From an uncultured Nitrososphaerota archaeon (GTDB lineage Archaea; Thermoproteota; Nitrososphaeria; Nitrososphaerales; CADDZS01), in contig CAWCYI010000004.1 of NCBI GenBank assembly GCA_963799845.1, forward strand, positions 288,001 through 352,000: a stretch of 64,000 nt of DNA. Reading direction: 5' to 3'. The notes beneath the pieces are model-generated. The model searched no databases. It saw only the letters and a list, made by a program, of their open reading frames with translations, and was not told the DNA's origin. The translations under genes were made by a program, and so were the position numbers. This document shows, piece after piece, positions 58,188 through 64,000 of this stretch (position 1 is its first letter; each line of letters begins with the position of its first letter).

Positions 58188-59222
58188 TCAATTTACTTTA
58201 GCTATCAGCTCATCGAGTCCCAAATAGTCTTTCCTGTCCACCAGACCCCTCAAAGGCTCGCCCTTGGTAAACCTTACGATATTCTCGAATGAACTCAGGA
58301 GTGCGAGTTCCTGTGTTTCTGGAACGGCGCCAGAGTCATGCGGTGTCCCAAGGAAATTAGGCAGGTCGAAGAATGGGAATTTTTGCTCGAATTTTTCTCC
58401 CTTTTTCGGATAGTGCCACCAAACGTCAAGCGCACATTTGAAACTCGGATTTTCCTTGAGGTGTTTGTATAATGCAGCTTCGTCGATTATGTATCCCCTC
58501 GCGATATTGACGAGAACGCACTTTGGCTTCATTTTCGACAGGGCTGATTCGTCTAGCAAGTGGAACGTGCTTACAGTCAGAGGAAGCGCGATCACAACTG
58601 CATCAGCTTCCTTCGCCAAATCTTCAAATTTGTCCAGACTCACAACCTGATCGAAGTCGGGCACTGACTTTCCGCTCGTGTTCACGCCGAGAGTTTTCAT
58701 TCCAAAGCTTGTAGCAAGTTTAGCGACTGGTTCACCGATTCCCCCCGCACCGAGGACAAGAATCGTCTTTCCTTTGAGAAAAATCGATTCAGGAATTTGC
58801 CAGATGCCTTTTGCAAGCGACTGGTTCGACAATCCGATGTTGCGCGCAAAATATAGTATCATGCCAAAAACATGTTCGGCAATCTGCTCGCCAAAGGCGC
58901 CAACATTTCCACAAACAAGGACTCCGGGGGGTATATTTTCAAACTTGATGACGTCGAGTCCGGCTCGGGTTGATTGTATCAGCTTCAGATTCGAAAATCT
59001 CCCGAGGTTCTCTGGAGAGAGCCACTCCAGGTCGTTTTGGAGAACTGTGTCTAGCAACAATATTTCGACGCTCGGAAAATCCTCATCCCGCAGAGTCTCA
59101 GATGGTTTTATCTCATACCCCCTTCCCAAAGAACTTGAGAACTTATCGCTCAAACTTTGTGGCAGTTCTCTTGTGATGAGAATGATTTTCTTTATTGAGT
59201 TATTGCTCATCTCATTTTTCAA
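58188..59222 (-). CDS. D-2-hydroxyacid dehydrogenase family
   Basis: GAGGIG, VNIARG, ALDVWW, TPH. Confidence 0.9.
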   Translation of the reverse strand: MKNEMSNNSIKKIILITRELPQSLSDKFSSSLGRGYEIKPSETLRDEDFPSVEILLLDTVLQNDLEWLSPENLGRFSNLKLIQSTRAGLDVIKFENIPPGVLVCGNVGAFGEQIAEHVFGMILYFARNIGLSNQSLAKGIWQIPESIFLKGKTILVLGAGGIGEPVAKLATSFGMKTLGVNTSGKSVPDFDQVVSLDKFEDLAKEADAVVIALPLTVSTFHLLDESALSKMKPKCVLVNIARGYIIDEAALYKHLKENPSFKCALDVWWHYPKKGEKFEQKFPFFDLPNFLGTPHDSGAVPETQELALLSSFENIVRFTKGEPLRGLVDRKDYLGLDELIAKVN

Positions 59223-59236
59223 ATCCTACAACCACT

Positions 59237-60712
59237 CTATTTCAGTACAGCAGTAAGCAGGTGATTCCCAAGTCGTCGTGACAGCGCCATTATCGTGAGG
59301 GACGGATTTGCATCAATTACCGAAGGTATGATGCTGCCATCCATCACATACAATCCTTCGACATCGTGCGATCGGCAATTTGAGTTCACGGCGCTTCGTT
59401 TGGTATCGCCGCCCATCCTGCAAGAGCCTTGTACATGGTGGCTGAGGTATATCGAATCGACAGTTTCTGTAGCACCTGCCGCATAAAGACCATCCCTGCA
59501 CATCGATTTCGCGGCCCGGAATCTCGACTTATCTTCTGGGGTGACTGGCTTGTAGATTTTTTCTTGACCGGTTTCAGGATCACGAAATATCCTGCCATCG
59601 TTCTTATCGTGAATATTGATGAAGATGCCAGCGAAGTGTCGGTAGTTCTCGAGAATCTCTTTCTGTTTCCGTCCCCAGAGAGGAATTTCGTCTTCATCTA
59701 CCATCACTTCCGAAAAAGTCAGAGGCCCCTCCATAATTTCAGAGGCTTCCAAGAGGAAGCCGCCTTTTTCCTTCTGAGCGAACTCCTCCATCTGTCCGGA
59801 AAGAGGATGCATGAGCCAGTTGTTCAGTACTCGGTCGAATTTGCCAAAAACTACTGCCGCGGTGTTTGCCCCAAAGTTCCTTCCGATCTGCAAGACGCTC
59901 GGGGAATCTCCCGCAATTTCAGCTATTTTCGAATCCATGAGGAGGCCGGGTGTGTTTAGAGCGCCCGCGGCAATGATGACGATTTTGGAAGAAATCCTCT
60001 TCCTTTCGCCGTCGTCTCCCACGAGTTCGACTCCTTCAACAAAAGGAAGTTTGCCAGCCGATCTGGCTTTTGAAAACAATATTTTCGTAACCGTCGAATT
60101 GTAGAAAATTTCAGCGCCAAGAAAGATTGCTGGCACGATGTAAGAAAGTTGCGTCCCCCTCTTGGCTTCGGTTGGACAGCCGAAAAGGCAGCCTGACTTG
60201 TCGCACTGGGCGGTAATATACGCATCAACCGGGTGGAACGGATGGCCCATCTTCTGGAAGCCCTCATCGATTAGTTTCATGCCATCGTCCCACTCGGTGT
60301 ACTTTCGAACGCTCGTGTCTCGCTCGACCTGATCGTAATATGAGGAAAGATCGGAAGACGTAAATTTCTCACCTGATTCGTTAGTCAGCCCGGTTGCCTC
60401 ATGCCACTCCTGGAAATTGAAATCTGGCGCGCGGTGGGCGACCGCGGTGAATATAGTTGTCGATCCTCCAACGCATCTTCCCATTCCAAGAGCAATCTCT
60501 CCATCAAGCCCCAGTTCGTAATTCTGAGTCCACCTCGGCTTCGCCCAGAGTTTCCTCAGTGCCATTAGCTCAAAACGATTGAACTCGTTGGCTGTGTAAA
60601 ATCCGCCGGCCTCAATGATTGCAACTTTTTTGCCTGCCTGGGCTAGCTGCCAAGCTACAGGGCCGCCCCCTGCGCCGGATCCGATTACTATCGCGTCATA
60701 CTCGTGAGGCAT
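59237..60712 (-). CDS. GMC-family FAD oxidoreductase
   Basis: IGSGAGG, GRCVGGST, C..GC..GC, H..GSCRMG, NPSLTI. Confidence 0.9.
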   Translation of the reverse strand: MPHEYDAIVIGSGAGGGPVAWQLAQAGKKVAIIEAGGFYTANEFNRFELMALRKLWAKPRWTQNYELGLDGEIALGMGRCVGGSTTIFTAVAHRAPDFNFQEWHEATGLTNESGEKFTSSDLSSYYDQVERDTSVRKYTEWDDGMKLIDEGFQKMGHPFHPVDAYITAQCDKSGCLFGCPTEAKRGTQLSYIVPAIFLGAEIFYNSTVTKILFSKARSAGKLPFVEGVELVGDDGERKRISSKIVIIAAGALNTPGLLMDSKIAEIAGDSPSVLQIGRNFGANTAAVVFGKFDRVLNNWLMHPLSGQMEEFAQKEKGGFLLEASEIMEGPLTFSEVMVDEDEIPLWGRKQKEILENYRHFAGIFINIHDKNDGRIFRDPETGQEKIYKPVTPEDKSRFRAAKSMCRDGLYAAGATETVDSIYLSHHVQGSCRMGGDTKRSAVNSNCRSHDVEGLYVMDGSIIPSVIDANPSLTIMALSRRLGNHLLTAVLK

Positions 60713-61208
60713 TTTCCGGATTCGTTCTCCCCGAATCATAATCTTTCCAGACTTTTAGAAACATCCAATCTTTCTTCAGATCCGAGATTCTTTTGCCCTC
60801 GAATTTTACCAGTTTCCAGGGAGTAATGCCCCTGTACCATGGATCGTGGTAGTCGGAGTAAAATCCCTCAAGTGCGATCGATCTCAGATCAAAAACTCCT
60901 TCTCTGGTCTTGGGATCCAAAAAAAGACTCTTCAGAACGAGATTCTTGTCGGAATCACTTATTTCACAAAAATCGCTACCAAACTTTTTCCTTGATTTTG
61001 CATTCACTTGGGATATGATTCCGCGAAAATATCTTTGAACTTCTTTTGGGAAATCAAATAGGGTCGAATCGACATAGTTAACCGAGCCTACTTCCAAAGC
61101 GCCCGGGTCGGTCATTGGTTCTTTGCCGGTCGGAATCACTAGAGCGCAGAAAGCCTGGAAAAACTTCGCTTCATCCTCCGACAAGAAATATCTGCTGTTG
61201 TTCGACAA
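60696..61208 (-). CDS. Gluconate 2-dehydrogenase subunit 3-like partner
   Basis: IP.....PGA.E.G.V.YVD, EGFYSD; overlaps the GMC gene start. Confidence 0.78.
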   Translation of the reverse strand: MSNNSRYFLSEDEAKFFQAFCALVIPTGKEPMTDPGALEVGSVNYVDSTLFDFPKEVQRYFRGIISQVNAKSRKKFGSDFCEISDSDKNLVLKSLFLDPKTREGVFDLRSIALEGFYSDYHDPWYRGITPWKLVKFEGKRISDLKKDWMFLKVWKDYDSGRTNPENASRV

Positions 61209-61254
61209 TGAATATCAGGCACTCTCCATCGGAGTAGATCAAGAAGATAATTAG

Positions 61255-62217
61255 TCAGCCCGAAACCAGCAGATGAGACTTGAGCTTCTCTCCTTCTATC
61301 TGGAATAGCAGCCCCTTCAGGATTCCGGAACCGTACTCGCTACCGGGATTGAAACACATCGTCTTTCCGATTTTTACGGCCCCCTTTGATTCATGTATGT
61401 GCCCGTGAATTCCAACAAGCGGCTGGTACTTTTCTATAATTTTTCGGGTCGCAGTACTACCTGCAGAAGTCATCTGCAATTGGCCACCCGAGGTTACAGG
61501 CTTCAGAGTTGCGTCCAGCTTTGGAGCCTGATCCAGGATTGTGTTGATTGGAGGGACGTGCAGGTTGAAGATAGTAGTTTTCATATTATTGACCTGAGAC
61601 GCCATCGCTTCAATTTTCTTTTCTAGAACATCTTCATCCGCTTCCCGGGGACTATTCCAGGGGGTGTGGTTTGCGTACCCTAGAGTGATCATCTCGTGCT
61701 CCCCGTCAACCAGGACAACTTTCTCCTCCGGATTTACCACGTAGGTCGCAGAATTTAGAGCGGTGTCGATTTCAAATTCATCATCGTTTCCCGGAGAGAT
61801 GTAACACTTTATGCCAGTGCCCTTGAGTCTTTCTCCGGCAAGATCCATCCAACGCTTGACATTTTCAACCATGATTTTTGAAAAGAGTCTTTTCACTGCC
61901 TCAGGGCTTGCCTGAAGCTCCTCGTACTCCTTTCTTTCGGTCATGTATGGGTATGTGCCTGAATCTCGAAATGCTTTCACTGCGTCATCCAGCTCCTTCT
62001 CGGTCTTCATTCTCATCTCCTGACCAAAGCCAGGAGAAGTCCATGTGCCGTCGTTCAGTTTGATTATCGGAATAATCATTTTCCCCGTTATGTCTCCGCC
62101 AAGGATGAGGACTTGGGCCTGGTAGAATTTTCCCGCGTTCAAGAACTTTCGAAAGCACCTGTCCGAGCCGTGTACGTCGGTGACAAAGTAAATCGTGGTT
62201 TTCGCCACAGTGACCAA
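61255..62217 (-). CDS. Icc-like metallophosphoesterase
   Basis: DVHG, GGD, PGNDD, H.PP, HGHIHE, NPGS. Confidence 0.88.
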   Translation of the reverse strand: MVTVAKTTIYFVTDVHGSDRCFRKFLNAGKFYQAQVLILGGDITGKMIIPIIKLNDGTWTSPGFGQEMRMKTEKELDDAVKAFRDSGTYPYMTERKEYEELQASPEAVKRLFSKIMVENVKRWMDLAGERLKGTGIKCYISPGNDDEFEIDTALNSATYVVNPEEKVVLVDGEHEMITLGYANHTPWNSPREADEDVLEKKIEAMASQVNNMKTTIFNLHVPPINTILDQAPKLDATLKPVTSGGQLQMTSAGSTATRKIIEKYQPLVGIHGHIHESKGAVKIGKTMCFNPGSEYGSGILKGLLFQIEGEKLKSHLLVSG

Positions 62218-62487
62218 AACACGAACCGATTTTGGCGGGATTAAAACTTTGAGCGAGAGTGTTTATCGAAACCAATTGCCGGTTGGAATCGAAAAGCAAA
62301 AGTGCCGAAAGAGGATGAATCCGCCATCGCAAGCAGCGAACAAACGTTTCAAATGGAACTCCTTTGGAGTTTGCAGTATATTCGCGAGCGGTGCGGGGGG
62401 TCAATTCATCATTGTCGCCGAGACAGTGGCAGCCGATTTGGACGGCGATGCTCAGGGGATGACAATGAATTTCTCCAGAGACTGGGG

Positions 62488-63381
62488 TTAGAGCAGTCTC
62501 GAAACCGGATTATCCTTTGGGAGATAGCCTTTTTCAAGAAGGCTTCTCGTGACGGTCTTCCAATTCTGGTTTCTCGAAAATATTTCCTTTATCATCTCCA
62601 ATCCCTTTTCTCGGTTCGGCTCCGATTCCAGAAGAGTTATTCCGACCCAGAATCTGATCTCCTCGTTTCCGGACGCCAGTTCTTCCGCTTTCTTGAATGC
62701 CGTCATCGATTCTTCGACTTTGCCAAGAGAGAGAAAATCATCCCCCTTGTCCACCCAATCGTAGGCCCTCTTTATTCGGACGAGTCTTTTTAGCTCGGGG
62801 ATCGGCTCTTCGTTGTCCTCGACCCTAAGTTCCATAGCCCTTCCCATCCAGGGGTTTGGAAAAATCTTCGAAGTCACCACAAGTAATGCAGCAGATTGTT
62901 TTCCCCTGGCATCACCCCCGGCAGACTCTGCAGCTTCTAGAGTTGCTACCAGCCTTTCAGGCAACTCCAGATCGGATCGTTTTTTGTATGCCTTTTCCAT
63001 TTCGCCCCAAATCGAACCGTTTGACATCAGGTTCGCCTGGCAGCTAAATCCATCGCCGGTCACGTGTCCCGCGTAATCTATGCATCTAGAGCCAGTGTGG
63101 GCGCTAACCAATCCATTTGAATCAACCATTCCCACCTGTCTCGTATCGGCTCTACCATCTGATTTGAGAAGCGAGGCTAAGGCTTCCGGAGCGGATTTTC
63201 CTGCCGCCAATAGGTCGAGCCCAAGAGGACCGTAACTAATTTCGGCCATCGATTGCGTTGCGATCGCGCCAACTCCAGATCTTGCCCACGTCACAACCGT
63301 GCCAACGGAAAAGTAATGTGATTGAACGGCGACGCCCAACTCTCCCGTTTTCGGATCTCTTGCAACGACTGAATAGGTCAA
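62488..63381 (-). CDS. DUF1028 Ntn-hydrolase-like protein with TPR tail
   Basis: MTYSVVARD..TGELGVAV, GAIATQS, GGDARG.QSAALLV, LRVED...P..EL. Confidence 0.88.
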   Translation of the reverse strand: MTYSVVARDPKTGELGVAVQSHYFSVGTVVTWARSGVGAIATQSMAEISYGPLGLDLLAAGKSAPEALASLLKSDGRADTRQVGMVDSNGLVSAHTGSRCIDYAGHVTGDGFSCQANLMSNGSIWGEMEKAYKKRSDLELPERLVATLEAAESAGGDARGKQSAALLVVTSKIFPNPWMGRAMELRVEDNEEPIPELKRLVRIKRAYDWVDKGDDFLSLGKVEESMTAFKKAEELASGNEEIRFWVGITLLESEPNREKGLEMIKEIFSRNQNWKTVTRSLLEKGYLPKDNPVSRLL

Positions 63382-63432
63382 TGATTGTCTTCCTATCAGA
63401 AATTCTAATATCGACTATAAGTTTTGAATCAA

Positions 63433-63894
63433 TTACTCCTTGGGCAGATACTCTAGAAGTCTCTTTGCCACTATCTTTGCGTCGTCCTCTGAATCGAAGG
63501 TCCAGATTGCGACTTTGCGATTAGGTGCCGATCTGTATCCAAGTTCATTCGGTCCGTCAACGTCTAGAACTAAAATCCCAGATTTTATCTCGCCAATCTT
63601 ATTCCCGCGAAAGGTGGCCTCAACAGGATCGGTCCTCAAGTGCAGTGATATTCTAACTGGCTTTTGCGACTTTCGTATGAAGATCAAATCATATCCGGCT
63701 GCCAGGACAATAAAAAATGCAAGAGCGACGTAGCCACCTGGCGGTGCGAGTATCGCGAAAATGATTCCTAAAATCACGACCGCCGACGCGATAAGATGAA
63801 TTTGCAGCAGCGACACGTTGCCGACTCCTTGAAACTCGACAACCTCAGGGTACTCAGAAAGGTCTAGGTCTGCCACACGCACATCAGCGGCCAA
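63433..63894 (-). CDS. Hypothetical 2-TM protein
   Basis: 153-aa ORF with two TM helices. Confidence 0.65.
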   Translation of the reverse strand: MAADVRVADLDLSEYPEVVEFQGVGNVSLLQIHLIASAVVILGIIFAILAPPGGYVALAFFIVLAAGYDLIFIRKSQKPVRISLHLRTDPVEATFRGNKIGEIKSGILVLDVDGPNELGYRSAPNRKVAIWTFDSEDDAKIVAKRLLEYLPKE

Positions 63895-64000
63895 AGCCGG
63901 TTGTTGAAGCTCTTACTTATCGTTTGAGAGGAATGACTCCATAGTCTCATTCGCTATCATGTATAAGGGCAAAACGTTTTCGTATGATTTTGCCATTCTC

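Overview
Archaeal chromosomal window, most likely a non-ammonia-oxidising Nitrososphaerota (Thaumarchaeota). This is suggested by the unsplit Rpo1 and Rpo2 and TACK-type gene order; no amo genes lie in this window. 1-16 kb is housekeeping: arginase, rps10, tuf, rps7, rps12, nusA, rpl30e, rpo1/2/5 and ilvE. About 16.2-46 kb is an accessory island with 8 CBS proteins, 3 USPs, Hsp20, a CBS-HPF-like hibernation factor, the arginine deiminase pathway, pyruvate kinase, a beta-helix/Rieske/cytochrome b operon, an RHH-ferredoxin fusion, micro zinc-finger proteins and several regulators. Main discovery: 16 promoters in the island share an imperfect 18-bp palindrome (ATTCTCA-N4-TGA[G/T]AAT) placed 10-12 bp upstream of the TATA box. 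A second palindrome (CGAA-N4-TTCG) lies before two paralogous wHTH genes and ppk2, near a Cys-rich HTH-10 regulator. Together these suggest an undescribed archaeal hypoxia/dormancy activator regulon. 46-64 kb holds an IS630 element and assorted metabolic genes. Seven apparent frameshifts fall on or beside AGCT sites, pointing to modification-induced sequencing errors rather than pseudogenes. All calls come from manual reading; no searches were run.
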